DNA from: Antedon mediterranea
Lineage: Eukaryota > Animalia > Echinodermata
Reading direction: 5' to 3'
Length of the DNA: 64,000 nucleotides
NCBI RefSeq assembly: GCF_964355755.1
Contig: NC_092680.1
Location: forward strand, 4,030,001 to 4,094,000
Position 1 is the first letter of the stretch; every line of letters starts with the position of its first letter. The translations under genes and the position numbers were made by a program. The notes below the pieces were generated by a model. That model was not told the DNA's origin. It saw nothing but the letters and a program-made list of their open reading frames with translations, and did no database searches. Shown one piece after another: positions 1 to 24,899 of this stretch.

Positions 1-672
1 TTCAAATCTTCTAACTTAAAATCCTCTGAGTCAGCTTAAGACTCCAGAAAATGAATACTTGCACTCCTGTCAAAAATCAATGCACTGCGATGTTACGGTT
101 CCTACTGGACAAATTTAACTGTCATTGAATGAACGAGAATCGATAGATGATGAATTTTAGTTTAAGTTTATGAAATTCATTCGTGAAAGCTCATGAACTA
201 CAATTAGACATGCGCAGAACTATTGACTTTCATTGGCTGTGATGTGATGATATAATAATACTGATAGATATTAGCACAGAACGATGGAATGAACTAAAAA
301 TATAGCATTTGTTTGTAACTATTATTAATTTAAATGGTATTGACTAAAATGGACTAATGCTGACGTAGCAATTATGTACCACCTTCAAACTGAAGTCAAA
401 TCTAAATATTTGAATTAAATGAAGACATTTTTTTTTCTTGATACATAAAAAATTGTGTATTTAATACGTTCAGTAGGCCTTCCTTACCTTGTGAATATCA
501 AAAGAGAGAAATCACGTCAAAAAATATCACTATTTAAATACGTTTAAACATAGTAATATTTCCTACTATTACTAAAGTATTGATTATCATATTATTTAAG
601 AGAAATGATTTTGGCTTGGTTAATAAAAAAAATATAGTCTGAAAATACTAACCTTTAGGACTGAATCCTTAA

Positions 673-1004
673 TGATTGGTTCCCACTAGAAATGCAACAC
701 AAGTACGTAACGCAACGTAAAGCGTGGTTCCCACTAGCGACGCAACGCAAGGACGTAACGCAACGCAAGTGAATTGACCAATCACAAGCGATGGCTTATT
801 CGCTTGTGATTGCTAACTGTCTATAACTTCGCTTGTCATTGGTTAAAACGCTTGCGTTGCGTTTACGTCCTTGCGTTACGTTCTAGTGGGAACCAAGCTT
901 GAGTGATTTGACCAATCACAAACGATGGTTATTCGAACTGTCGCTTGCCATTGGTCAACTCGCTTGCGTTGTCGCAGCGTTACGTCTCTAGTGGGAACCA
1001 AGCT
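673..1004. mobile_element. PIF/Harbinger-type MITE with a same-family copy nested inside (inner 721..899)
   Basis: TIR TGGTTCCCACTAG...CTAGTGGGAACCA occurs twice; the inner copy is flanked by TAA/TGA, resembling a 3-bp TSD. Confidence 0.75.
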
Positions 1005-2339
1005 TATAAAGATAATGCGTTAAATCGAATTAATGAACTTCCAAGTAGCCGTTAGGAAAACGCATTGTATTTTCATAATTATTACAAACTGCTGTCGGTA
1101 TTGTTTACTGTACAAACACTAAATGTGTTATGGCTCAATTACATTCCCGCCAAAAAATGTGTACGGGTAATAACGCACCAAATTAATTGCATTACGTCAT
1201 AATAACTAACAAACGTGACAGCTTTAATCTAATATTGACACAGAATGTTATGCATCGTCGCCACATACAGTGTCAAGTATTTGTTAACGTTTTACTATAA
1301 AGATACTATATATAGCGGCGAATCCCGGATTTTGAATTCGAGTGCCTAACAATTAAGTTCTGAACTTAGTTTTCTATCTTTTGCATTGACATTTTTGCCT
1401 ATGGTACGAGTATTTTATGATATCATATTTGCAGCCATACAGTGACCTGTGCAGCTGATTCACATTTTAAATCAGGCGTTTTTTTGGCAACAAGCAACGT
1501 TATTTTTGACCAGGCTCCTCGCAAGCTACTCGTAACCACGACGATTCTCCATACTGCATCTACATTATACTTAATCGTATTTAAAGTACTGATACAACAA
1601 CGTTACATACTCGTCAATATATCATAGTAAATTAGGTTACGGTTAAGCCAATGTCACATATGACATTGTATCTATAGGAATTAGCCTACAAATATATTAG
1701 TAATTACTTATACATTTGTTACTAACTCGGACGGGTGATTTGCTAAAACTGAAACATTTCATAGTTCACTGGCTACAAATTCAACACACACTTTATATAT
1801 CCAGTCGACCACATAAAAAGGTGAATGTGAGTTCACGAATATTTTAATTGCGTACGTGTTAATAAGCCAGTGTTTTAAGTAAATCGATCATTATATCATA
1901 TACACTAGTGGAATTATTTTCTTATTGGTACTTTGGGTATAGTAGAAACCGAATCTTATTAAATAACCACGCATCAACGGTTATATAGTCACAGCTAAAG
2001 TTCCTCAAACGTGAATATATCATTGAAAGTGACGTCATGTTAAGTGACATAACGTCACATTTAAAATATTACGATTAAACAAAACTTTATGTAGTAGAAT
2101 CTCATTATAAATGATCCTTTATGGCAATGCTATTAAATATAAGCTATAACGTTGAATGTTTGGCTGACCTGCTTCGGTTAACGAGCCGCTCTCACGACAT
2201 AAAGCAAACACCTTATTTTGTTATATTTCAAATGCATCCAACAGCAAGACTGTCGTTAATTGCAGGATGGATAAACTCTAACTTATCTTACTTCTCATTT
2301 GAGGCATGGGAATGGCCTAGGTCTAGTAACAGTCGTAAG

Positions 2340-2415
2340 TTACAACTATGGCACCAGGGTAGGTTTGAACCCAAGACTTCGAAGTGTGAAGACAGTAGTC
2401 ATGTTAACAACCAAC
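2340..2415 (-). mobile_element. Degenerate tRNA-derived SINE head
   Basis: Reverse-complement B-box-like GGTTTGAACCC with tRNA-like spacing. Confidence 0.35.
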
Positions 2416-3285
2416 TACAACTCTACTACCACTCTACACCACGAGCGTCTGCAGCCGATTCTGCCACTGTCATTAGATAGATTCTAACTGACTGTTGCAA
2501 GTCATCGGAATCGAGTCTACCTGTATTACATCTATTGTATCTGCGATACTGCAAACATATCAGCGAACAGCTGAACCACCCAAAGACAATGCTTAAATTA
2601 ATAAAAAGTGAAATCTTTATATAAAATGACCAAATAATGTCAAATAAAGTATAGAAAAAGTCATCATAACGATAAAGTTAAGTCCACTAATGGTGTATAT
2701 AACTTGTAATGTATTATGATTTTGTATTTTAGTTAGTATTTGTAAAAATAAACAGCTGGTGGAAACAGAACAAATACAATTGCTCTCCGAGAAAATTACA
2801 TTTTAAACTATCGTGTTATGAAGTAATAGGCTAAATTAACGAAGGCCTTATTTAAAAACCGTTTAATATGATTAAAACAAAGAAATTAAAACCTGTTTAG
2901 TGTCTTTGACATTGTAGTTAATGACTACTGTAGGTTATACCTTGAACATACTGTAGATGGGATAAAGGTTCCTGATCTATCTATCTGTATTGATGACGTT
3001 AACGTTATATTGCTAATAACCTTATAAGTCAACAAATGATAACAAATAAATCATGTTTTACTCATTTTTTAACTTCCCCCAGATAACAAATTGAGTCTAG
3101 TCAGTGTTAATATACTTATATTTTGAATTATTGTATCATTGACAAAAATATGCCTTTTATAATAAACTTGAGAAATGGATTTTTTCTGAAAAGAAAAAAG
3201 TAAGCGATAGATATTTTAATCTAAAAATCAATTTCGTAGTACGATTAAAATATCATCAGTGAAAAGGAGTTCATTCATGAAGATA

Positions 3286-3369
3286 AAGCATGATGGGAAA
3301 CCATACCCCAAAGGATCGTGAAGCAAAGCATGATGGGAAACCATACCGTACCCCAAGGATCGTGAAGCA
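3286..3369. repeat. Short tandem duplication (~41 bp x2)
   Basis: aagcatgatgggaaaccatacc...aaggatcgtgaagca occurs twice. Confidence 0.8.
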
Positions 3370-4482
3370 TTAGTTGAAATATACTTTATATTTGGTCTGC
3401 ATAACTCATTTTAGAATAGTTCTATTCAAGTTTTATTTTCTAGTCCGAATAGAATTTGAATAATAGTAGGTGAACCATGTAATGAGAAAAATATACTTAA
3501 ATACCCAGTAAAATGCACCCTGATAAATAGACCACATTAAGCACTAAGCATGCATACTTTGGTCGTAGATAACATATAATCATTTCCGCGTACATACGTG
3601 GCGTTTACATAGATCATCACATAATTCGTCACAGGACAAGTTAACAAGTTTTCTAGTCGAATAAAGTGACATTCCATTTTCTTCAAACCAGAAGAATAGA
3701 ATATTTAAGTAAATATAATTTTAGCTCTAATAAAACATTTATTAAAATGTGTGTTATTGTGTGGGTAACAGGGAAGTACGAAATGACCAACACCACCGCA
3801 AAAACCACCACCACCGCGGCGGAAACCGCCTAAGATTAGAACAAGAACTCGGACATTGAGATCAGCAATGTGTACACCTCCATGGTGCCCATCGGCTACA
3901 GCACTTTGAATCCCATCAACACCGGAAGTGAACATATCGCGTTGCATGTCTATCTATTATTGATCTAGATTTCAGTCAATTTTAATGGGCTTTGGACGAC
4001 TCATCATTTGAAATGTAATAATCATGGCCTCGGATGGTAGTTCATTAAACTTTCGTAATCTCGTTTTAATATAAAATGGAATGGTTTTTTCCTTAATTTT
4101 ATTTCTGAAAAGCACAATAGTTCATAATTGTGGTGTGGAAACCATAGAAAATGGAGTACGCGGGAAACAATATGGGTTTTACAATTTACAGTTACACAAC
4201 GGTGATGAAAAATACACCCCTATCTCAACTAGCCTAGATCTATCCTAGGCCTATGTTATAAATTGATGGTAACCTGGGCAATGATGATGTTTGCCTGTAA
4301 GTTCTCTTCTTGTTTACCATCATAAGTGTTGCATGTGAACACAACGCCATCAGTAATTATTATTATCATGAAACTAGTGTTCACACACAGTGTTAATATA
4401 GTTCACAAAGTCATTATAAAATTCGAATGTGTTTGTTCTATAAGCATGTATGTGTTCTTACTCACCCACAATAGTCTCATAA

Positions 4483-4640
4483 AGCCGATTTTCCACTAGG
4501 CGAATTTGTTCGCGCGAATCGAACGCGCCAGCTTGTACGCATGTGTATTCATGTTTACGTCTTCAAAATCCTTCTCTACGCATGCGTATTAGCTGACACC
4601 TTCGATTCGCGCGGCAAATTCGCCTAGTGGAAAATCGGCT
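4483..4640. mobile_element. PIF/Harbinger-type MITE
   Basis: Long TIR AGCCGATTTTCCACTAGGCGAATTTG / CAAATTCGCCTAGTGGAAAATCGGCT with TAA/TCA flanks. Confidence 0.8.
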
Positions 4641-5214
4641 TCAAAAACAACTGAATGTGTTCCAAATAGACATGTTTGTTCTAGTTGATTGGAGGTACGA
4701 TATTAGAAAATACTCAGTTGTTCGGCTGTGGAAACTTTGATTAGAAATTGTTAGCATCGACACAAATTGTATCTTTTCTTTCTTTCACTTGCTTTAGGGG
4801 AAATTGCGTATAAGCGATCGATCACAATTACAAGGCACTTATTAATTGTAAGCAAACTATCTAATATCTCCATTTTGCTAATGGAATTATAACTTACTGT
4901 TAGTCGCGTCTGTTCAAATAATATTAGTCTAACGCTAATCGTGTACGTTGATTTAAGATTTGAAACAATGAAATCTATAGGCATTACCGACACAATACCA
5001 ATTAAAATTGTCTTTTTTTATGTTGGTCATCATCATCATACATACTTTTTGATTTGTGTACTTTAGTAATTTAAGAAATTAATTATTTAATTAGTTGTTG
5101 TTTTATATTTTATTCATTGGACTTGATAATGACCCCATGATGGAGTCGAAACGTCATTCTTTTTATATTATGTATTTAATAAAAATGTAGACTTATATAT
5201 TATTTAAAAAAGAT

Positions 5215-6360
5215 ATCCTGGCACATATGGCGTTTCATACGTATACTACTATGACTATGACTATATATATGGGGGACCAACATAAAAAAGACAATAACTA
5301 CAGACTTATGGCAATTCTTGAAAAAAAAGATGTCTGCTCCCCTGCCTCTAGCACGGTAAGGCCATTACACAGCCTTGGTCGGTTCCACGACATCAGATGC
5401 TTTGATGTTGCCGCCACATTATGCGTCTGCGAACTTTTTATAGGCCTTTATGCCATTACCATCTCCGTTGCAAGATTGATGTTGAGTGCAAACTTCACAC
5501 CATTGTTCCGCGGCGTGCATAGAGGACATACTTTCTGTGTTTGTCTTTTATATATATATATATCGATAATTATGGAGGTCCATTTAAAACCTGCTGTTTA
5601 TCCATATATTTAAGTGAGAAGGCCATGACAAACGGAAAAGACATATACAATCAAATACATAATTTAATGTTCTATAAACTAACGTAATTTTAAATTTTCG
5701 GGAATTTTTAGAACAATGTGATAATTCAAATTCAAAAATTGCATATTTTATTATTATATCACTACTTAAAACTACGGTCGTACGAAAGTGAACTTTCCGT
5801 AGTCCGATTTTGATGAAATTAATAGTTGTTCAGCAATATCTTGTTATTGTCAATTAATCCTCGATGCAAACATAAAGAGCAATCAGACTGCGCATACGAT
5901 TTCTACATGGGTTCCTTTTTGTTGTTGATCCTGATTAAAAATGTAACAGTTGATTCGCAACGTTCGATAGAGGGCCGCGGTTAGAGACACGGAGTTCAAA
6001 AAACGTGTTTTTTTTATTGGCAGCAGTTTATCATTACATGATTAGCCCAACTCTGAAGTCAGTCTAAACATCGGCATCTATACACAAAAAATGTTCTATG
6101 CTTCTAATTTTCTGACATTATAACACATGGGTGTTCTTACAATTGAGGGCGCTAAACATAGCATTTACGAGATCGAATACAGGAGCCGCAGAAATAAAAA
6201 AAAAGAAGATGTTATTGTGTGCTCTCCCTGCCTCAGCAGTAAAGCCCTGCCACAGCCGTGGGGTCGCTTCCACCACATCACCATCAGATGCATTGCTAGT
6301 GCTGTCTCATGATTTATGGTGGAAAGGGGGACGTATAATTCTGTGTGAACCCCAAACACA
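5215..6360. repeat. Fragments of a dispersed repeat family (5215-5420 and 6200-6310; a related piece at ~62480-62513)
   Basis: Shared ctccctgcctc..gca.gtaa.gcc...acagcc...catcagatgc block; ggcacat.tggcgtttcatacgtatactact occurs at both 5221 and 62483. Confidence 0.5.
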
Positions 6361-6939
6361 GTCGTCTGAGGTAACCGGTCATCTTGTTTATAACTCGGTT
6401 ATATTAATTCTAGTTTCGTTCCTTCAAGATGATGTTCATGAATTTATTTATGACGTAACGATGAATTACGTAATATTAAGCGCGTATAATACACGGACTA
6501 TTGTCAGCTGTTGAGTTATAATGTACTTTGTGACGTAACGGGTAAGTGCTTTGTTATGAGTAGGCCTATTCTCAACTCTAGCTTGGGTTTCTACGAAGTT
6601 GTTTTTTGTTATGATATTTAGAGGATTAAGTTAATTTAAAAAATGGCTAAGCTATCGTTGCAATTCATACCGTCATGAATGCATATGTCGCGCATTGACA
6701 ACACTCTACTCATATTCGGGTCTCAGATAATGACATTTTAACAAATGGAGCTGCTAGGTTCTCACAAATTGCACTTATACTCCAAACATATCATGCTTAG
6801 GACAACAAGTGGACTTTTTTGCTGACACTGATTATACTGGTTATATTTGTTTAGTTTTTTTGTCTTTGTTGCTTTTTAAACAGTAAATTCAATGGATCTT
6901 TTAGGCCTACACTCTTTTAAAGGTCATCCGGGGTTACTC

Positions 6940-7199
6940 GTGTGTGACGTCTCATAACCCGGAAGCACTAAGTCCCGTTTTTCTTCATTTTACTTCGGAA
7001 ACAAGTGCGAGACGAGCAAATGAATATGGCAGTTACACTTAGAACGTTAAAATGGTGAACGTACAAGAAACATTGGATATATATGTTCAAACATACGACC
7101 TTTGTTATACTTTTGGATAGGTTTACTAATATTTTGTTGGTGGAGTGCTTTTCTAGATAGTTAACTGTTATTGGATATTTACTCACTGAAATTCACAAG
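6940..7199 (+). promoter_or_regulatory. Candidate promoter and non-coding 5' exon of the kinase gene
   Basis: CpG-enriched patch with TGACGT and CCGGAAG motifs, then a strong donor AAG|GTAAGA at 7199/7200. The ATG exon starts with an acceptor, so an upstream exon is expected. No transcript evidence. Confidence 0.35.
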
Positions 7200-10100
7200 G
7201 TAAGATCTCTGAAACTAAACTTGTTGAACTTTAGAAATTACTATCGTTCTAATAATAAATATGCATTTTGAGTGTGTTGTAGCATTTAAACGTGTATTTA
7301 TTATTTTTAATCGGGTATATCTTATACATTTATCAAGAAATTAGCATTTAGACCTATGTAGATTGATATAAAGTTGATACAGGAAGTTTATAATTATTAA
7401 ATTATAAAGCGGTCTGATATTTCATGGCGGTTTCCTTTTCCTAGCCAGAATCAATTTGCCTTAATATCATTCAAAACTCATAATTACTTTCATAAAAACA
7501 CACACTTAATTTCACCGCTGCTTTCTATTGTGTACTAAACTGAATACAATTTTATTTCGTTGCTCTTTTATGCTTTGTTTATGGCTCTTTTGTTAATTTT
7601 ATCGTTCATTATGTTATATCGTTATCATTAAAAGGCGTTAACGGAGTTTCTTGTTAGCTAATTATCACTCGTTTTCATTTCCTAAAATTCACTTATCCTA
7701 ATTGAAGATTGATTACTCATACAAATACGTTATTTAAGGTAAAAACTCCTTTCCCATCATGCATTGGGATATCATTTTCTTATTATTTTTCTAATCATCA
7801 ACATTTTTATTAAATAATTAATTAACTTTATATTCTCATTCAATGAATATACATATGTTTTTGTAATATAAAATAGTAGAAAATTATTGCCATATTTGGT
7901 CTGTTTTGTATACTTACTGAAAGTTATGATGTCAAAAAGAATGTTTCTCTGTATTTATTGAATCAGAAAATTAGCCGATTCGTTACTGATAGTTTGTATC
8001 ACACCTGTAACACATGTGACACCTGTGTCATAGTCCATAAGCCTAAGTCAACCTTAACACAATACATGCGCCAAATGTGACACATGTTTGTGACTGTTGT
8101 GACTATGTCTATATTTTAGATACTTTACCATGTCACTGGGCAATGCCCTATGTGGATATACATTGGAAAAGGTCCTACTTCAAAGGTGAATTCTCCCTTC
8201 ATATTATTGACTTCACTTTTGAGTCGGTGTCAGTGATACAGGATTGTAGTAAAGTCAAACTAAGCGAAACCAAACAATTTCAACTACGGTAAATCCTATA
8301 TTAGAGGTACACCTTTGGGCCCAAAAACGTGTCCACTAAATAAGGTTAGCTGAGTGTTAAAACTTAATAGTGCATCTCATTCGTTTCATGGGAATGTCCC
8401 TTCACTGTAAATAACTGCAGAAAAATAAAATTATAATAATAAATGAAAAAAAAAAATCAATAGCCCAGAAAGTTGCTCTGACAGCATAATTTTAAATTAT
8501 TTCCCTTCTAAAACAAGATTTTTTTTACAGATGACGTTAGAATCCATGACGTTCTTTTAATTGTGTAATTACCAGCCAATATTGAAAATAAAACAATACC
8601 AAATACGCATTTAGTATTACTAATTAGATATCAATTTAATTAATAATACAGCCTATTCTGTCTACCTATCTGTTTCACTATAACTAAATACATATACTAT
8701 AATGTTCAACGATACCAAAACATAAGTCGCACGATTTACAAAGAGAAACCGAGAGAATAGTAAGTACAACCATTAATATAATCTAATGCCACGAAAGCTA
8801 AGAGATTTCATTATTTACTATCTCGATTTCTTTTAGGCCTAACTTTATAAGTATTTCAATGTTATCACAATATTATAATAATAATGATAATATATATTAT
8901 ATTGTCATAATAGACGTATAAGTATTAACTGGAAAAAATCATTGTATCGACCAAAATAGTTTATAATAATGAAGTTACAAAAATCTACTTTCCTTAGTTT
9001 CAGCAAAAGATGAAGGATGAGATAGGTCCAATTAAATGATACAATCAATGACGACATTTTGCTAAATTTATATAACTGTATTTTATACTTCATACTTAAG
9101 TTGATTGAAGTTTTACACCATTTTAATACCAAATTCGCAGTACTGTATCTCTACATACTAATTTATTTGCTAGTATCTTAGGAAAGATTAACTACCATTC
9201 TAAAAATAATTTACTTGTTTTTTATACTTTTGTATTTTGTAACGTTATTGAAATTGGTTTTGGCCAAATACATTAATGACATTATGTAAATCCTTTCATT
9301 AATATCGAGGCGTTCATCTTCATCTGACACACAAACAAACAATTTGTGATACGCCCAAATATTGCAGTGAAATGATGTCATCATGTCCATATATGGGCAC
9401 ATCACATTTTGTCACATACAGTTTTATAGTGTAGACATAGCTTTAAGCATGTATGGATATATGGACAATATACGATAAAACTACATGTTAGAAGAAATAT
9501 AACACATACAGAAAAATGTCCAATGTCATCACATAAGACCAACTGAAACTTTTAAAAACAATGGACGATCTGTCAGCATCGTAAGTGGATAACATTAATT
9601 CATTACCGTATAACGAATGTCATTTCCGATGAACAGTTTTATTGTATTGATTGTTGTCATCATTTCTGTAAAAAAATGGTTTATGGTGAATGAAACACTT
9701 AAAACAATATTTAAACAAGTACTACACATGCAAGTTAGCAGGGTAGGTATCATGAGTAGGCTATATAATCAAGACACTTTGCGCTGATTACTAGATGCAT
9801 TATTATCATGGTAGTAGTATGTTTTCCATACGTCTTTGAAAAAAAAACAATGACATGGGTAATAATGTGCAGCCCATTGAGAGCTTTCTTATATACACTA
9901 TATAAGAATGAACTATTATTATTATTATTATTATTATATAATAATAAAATATAGTATACGTTGAGTCTGGAAAAAGAGAAAAACTACAGCTTGGTCTCTA
10001 CATGCCTGTTCCGTGAGTCGTGCAATTCGCCCGTCAGGAGACTTTAATGGAAAAAAATCAATTACAACGTTGCTTATAAGCACATTTACATTATACTTAT

Positions 10101-10446
10101 TTACTAGAATTAGTATGTAAAATATATTATATAATATGTATGTTAACATCTAGGCCTACAAAATATAAATAGACCTGCAGGTCTAATACATATATTGTGG
10201 TAATAAAAAGTTCTGTCACTGAATCATTTTAATAAGCTTTAATTCAGATACGGATATGACACATTTTTCCGGCAGTAGAAGGTCGCTCTTTTTGTAAATA
10301 TTCTCTGCTTCAAAAATTGTGTTCATCATCCATAAAATGATATTAATAGCGTTATACACAATTACCTAATGATATTTGTATGTGTACTATGATATTACTA
10401 TAATTTATAGTCTAAACTTATTTCTTTTCAGGTAAAATAATAAGCC

Positions 10447-20474
<10,028 letters not shown>

Positions 20475-21361
20475 TTTTTAAATTCTAAATGAACGTTTTT
20501 GCTGCGTCTACCGAATAGGGGTTGCTCCGAGTTTTGCAACATATTTCCCTTCATTCATTTCAAAAGAAAGTGTCCCTCTGAAGAAGGGTGTCTTTAATGA
20601 GGGTTGTCCAGTCTAGCATGTCAACAGGTATAAATACATTAACGGTGTCGTTAAAGTCCAAGGGCGCCCTCTAGAATGCTAATAATAAAACAATTATAAA
20701 AGTTTGTTTAAAATAGGGGGCGCACTTTTATTTTTGCGGTGTATCAGAGTCGTCAACTTGTGAATGTTGTATTCATTTTTACGCTATAACTACTAATAAT
20801 AGCAGGGGACTATTCCCTATAGAAGTAGATTAAGAATATCATGTAAATAACATATTAATCTTTAAATATAATCGGAAAATGGATTTTTAAATACGTTAAA
20901 TCTTGTAGATTATTATTATTCATAATAATGATTTATACCAGTGTATATTAATATTGCTAATGGATGATTTATATCAAAACACGTGATATTTTAAATTGTG
21001 GCATTGAATGCTACATATTGTTTGTAGATACCATATAAGGAATTCTTTTATTCGTTAAAAAAATAATATAAACGATTAATTAAACATTGGTAGGTAGTAT
21101 ATCAGAATAATAATAAAAAAAAGTGCTTTTTAAAATTATGTAAATACATGTATTATATATATTATACACATTCTTACAGATGGGTAACCGGGTCAAGAAG
21201 TTGTATTTTATTTGAATGAGAAAACACTAGTATTGGAAAAAGAATGACAGTTGTTCATTGACATCATTAAAATATCGTTTATAAAAGAGCAGGGTAATGT
21301 CTTGTATATTATGTTATATGTTATTATGTCTTGTATAATTGTCAAATAGTCAATAGTATAG

Positions 21362-24300
21362 TATAGTACAGGTATTTTTAAAAAAAATGGCCAATTTTCG
21401 ACCTTTTTATTTTTCGATAAAACTGGTTACTATAGCACAATTGACATACGCAGAACCCATTATTCGTCTCTGCGCATGTTTATTATGCAATAATAACCAT
21501 TTATGTCAAAAAATAAAAGGTCGAAAATCGGCCATATTTTGCAAATTTCCCTGTACTATAGTACATGGATTTAAAAAAAAAATGGCTAATTTTCGACCTT
21601 TTTATTTTCCCGATAAAACTGGTTACTATAGCACAATTGACATGCGCAGAACCCATTATTCGCCTCTGCGCATGTTTATTATACTATAGTAACCATTTTT
21701 CAAAACTGGTTACCATAGCACATTTGACATAGGCAGAACCCATTATTCGGCTCTGCGCATGTTTATTATGCAACAGTAACCATAGTACAGGGATTTTTTC
21801 AAAAATGGCCAATTTTCGACCTTTATATTTTTCGATAAAACTGGTTACTATAGGCCAATAAGGCACGATTTACAAACAGTTTCTTTCCAGGATCTATTAG
21901 AGCCTTAAATATGATGTAGACACTTTTTTTGTAATGTTTTTGTTTTTGAGTTCGTGTTGTGTCCGTTGGATATTGTGCTCCGCCAACAGAGCAAACAGAA
22001 TTTCTATGTTTTTCCTAAAACAAATGATAATAAATGATACTTGACTTGACTTGACTTGACTTGACTTGACAATTGACATGCGCAGAACCTTTATTCGCCT
22101 CTGCGCATGTTTATTATACTATAGTAACCATTTATGTCAAAACTGGTTACCATAACACAATTGACATGCGCAGAACCCATTATTCGTTTCTGCGCATGTT
22201 TATTATGCAATAATAACCATTTATGTCAAAAAATAAAAGGGTCGAAAATCGGCCATATTTCGCAAATTTCCCTGTACTATAGTACATGGATTTTTATAAA
22301 AAAAGGGCTAATTTTCGACCTTTTAATTTTTCGATAAAACTGGTTACTATAGCACAATTGACATGCGCAGAACCCATTGTTCGCCTCTGCGCATGTTTAT
22401 TATACTATAGTAACCATTTATGTCAAAACTGGTTACCATAGCACATTTGATATGCGCAGAACCCATTATTCGGCTCTGCGCATGTTTATTATGCAATAAT
22501 AACCATTTATGTCAAAAAATAAAGGGATCGAAAATCGGCCATATTTCGCAAATTTCCCTGTACTATAGTACAGGGATTTTTTCAAAAAATGGCTAATTTT
22601 CGACCTTTTTATTTTTCGATAAAACTGGTTACTATAGCACAATTGACATGCGCAGAACCCATTCTTCGCCTCTGCGCATGTTTATTATACTATAGTAACC
22701 ATTTATGTCAAAACTGGTTACCATAACACATTTGACAGGCGCAGAACCCATTATTCGGCTCTGCGCATGTTTGTTATGCAATAGTAACCATTTATGTTAA
22801 AAAATAAAGGTATCGAAAATCGGCCATATTTCGCAAATTTCCCTGTACTATAGTACAGGGATTTTTTCAAAAAATGGCCAATTTTCGACCTTTTTATTTT
22901 CCCGATAAAACTGGTTACTATAGCACAATTGACATGCGCAGAACCCATTATTCGCCTCTGCGCATGTTTATTATACTATAGTAACCATTTATGTCAAAAC
23001 TGGTTACCATAGTACAATTGACCTGCGCAGAACCCATTATCCGTCTTTGCGCATGTTTATTATGCAATAATAACCATTTATGTCAAAAAATAAAAGGGTC
23101 GAAAATCGGCCATATTTCGCAAATTTCCCTGTACTATAGTACATGGATTTTTTTTTTTAAATGGCTAATTTTCGACCTTTTTATTTTTCGATAAAACTGG
23201 TTACTATAGCACAATTGACATGCGCAGAACCCATTATTCGCCTCTGGGCATGTTTATTATACTATAGTAACCATTTATGTAAAAAAATAGAGGGATCGAA
23301 AATCGGTCATATTTCGTAAATTTCCTTGTACAGTACTATAGTACAGGGATTTTTTCAAAAAATGGCCAATTTTCGACCTTTTTATTTTCCGATAAAACTG
23401 GTTACTATAGCACAATTGACATGCGCAGAACTCATTATTCGCCTCTGCGCATGTTTATTATACTATAGTAACCATTTATGTCAAAACTGGTTACCATAAC
23501 ACATTTGACATGCGCAGAACCCATTATTCGGCTCTGCGCATGTTTGTTATGCAATAGTAACCATTTATGTTAAAAAATAAAGGTATCGAAAATCGGCCAT
23601 ATTTCGCAAATTTCCCTGTACTATAGTACAGGGATTTTTTGAAAAAATGGCCAATTTTCGACCTTTTTATTTTCCCGATAAAACTGGTTACTATAGCACA
23701 ATTGACATGCGCAGAACCCATTATTCGCCTCTGCGCATGTTTATTATACTATAGTAACCATTTATGTCAAAACTGGTTACCATAGTACAATTGACCTGCG
23801 CAGAACCCATTATTCGCCTCTGCGCATGTTTATTATACTATAGTAACCATTTATGTCAAAACTGGTTACCATAACACATTTGACATGCGCAGAACCCATT
23901 ATTCGGCTCTGCGCATGTTTGTTATGCAATAGTAACCATTTATGTTAAAAAATAAAGGTATCGAAAATCGGCCATATTTCGCAAATTTCCCTGTACTATA
24001 GTACAGGAATTTTTTGAAAAAATGGCCAATTTTCGACCTTTTTATTTTCCCGATAAAACTGGTTACTATAGCACAATTGACATGCGCAGAACCCATTATT
24101 CGCCTCTGCGCATGTTTATTATACTATAGTAACCATTTATGTCAAAACTGGTTACCATAGCACAATTGACCTGCGCAGAACCCATTATCCGTCTTTGCGC
24201 ATGTTTATTATGCAATAATAACCATTTATGTCAAAAAATAAAAGGGTCGAAAATCGGCCATATTTCGCAAATTTCCCTGTACTATAGTACATGGATTTTT

Positions 24301-24899
24301 TTTTTAAAATGGCTAATTTTCGACCTTTTTTTCAAAAAATGGCCAATTTTCGACCTTTTTATTTTCCGATAAAACTGGTTACTATAGCACAATTGACATG
24401 CGCAGAACCCATTATTCGCCTCTGCGCATGCTTATTATACTATAGTAACCATTTATGTCAAAACTGGTTACCATAGCACAATTGACCTGCGCAGAACCCA
24501 TTATTCGGCTCTGCGCATGTTTATTATGCAATAGTAACCATTTATGTCAAAAAATAAAAGGGTCGAAAATCGGCTATTTTTTTAAAAGGGACATTTCCTT
24601 AAAATGCCCAAATTTCGACCCTTTTATTTTTCGACAAAACTAGTTGCATAATTATTGAATTTTAAAAAATTGATATTTTGGGCATTTTTCAAAAAAATCC
24701 CTGTACTAAAATAGTACAGGTATTTTTTCCAAAAATGGCAGAATTTCGACCCATTTATTTTTCGACAAAACTGGTTACTATGGCTCTATAAGATGATACA
24801 AAGCAATATATGCGCATATATACGGTAGCCATATTATTGCATAATAATTTAATTTTTAAAAAGTCGATATTTTGGCCATTTTTCGAAAATCCCTTTACT
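21362..24899. repeat. Complex satellite of two palindromic modules (A ~89 bp, B ~108 bp), mostly in A-A-B order
   Basis: A: ggttactatag..catgcgcaga..tctgcgcatg..ctatagtaacc; B: gtcgaaaatcggccat..ccctgtactatagtacaggg..atggccaattttcgac. Confidence 0.92.
21853..22070 (+). mobile_element. 3' end of a LINE inserted in the satellite
   Basis: Encodes RFTNSFFPGSIRALN, typical of a LINE RT C-terminus, then a T-rich UTR, AATAAA and a (CTTGA)n tail. Confidence 0.7.

Noticed and set aside
2121-6514. ORFs 2121..2480, 5227..5613 and 6131..6514
   Set aside because: No recognisable motifs; they overlap SINE or dispersed-repeat fragments.
21387-24643. Repeated short ORFs (MSKLVTIAQLTCAEP...) and CRISPR-like palindromic repeats
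   Set aside because: Satellite translations; no unique spacers, no cas genes, eukaryotic context.
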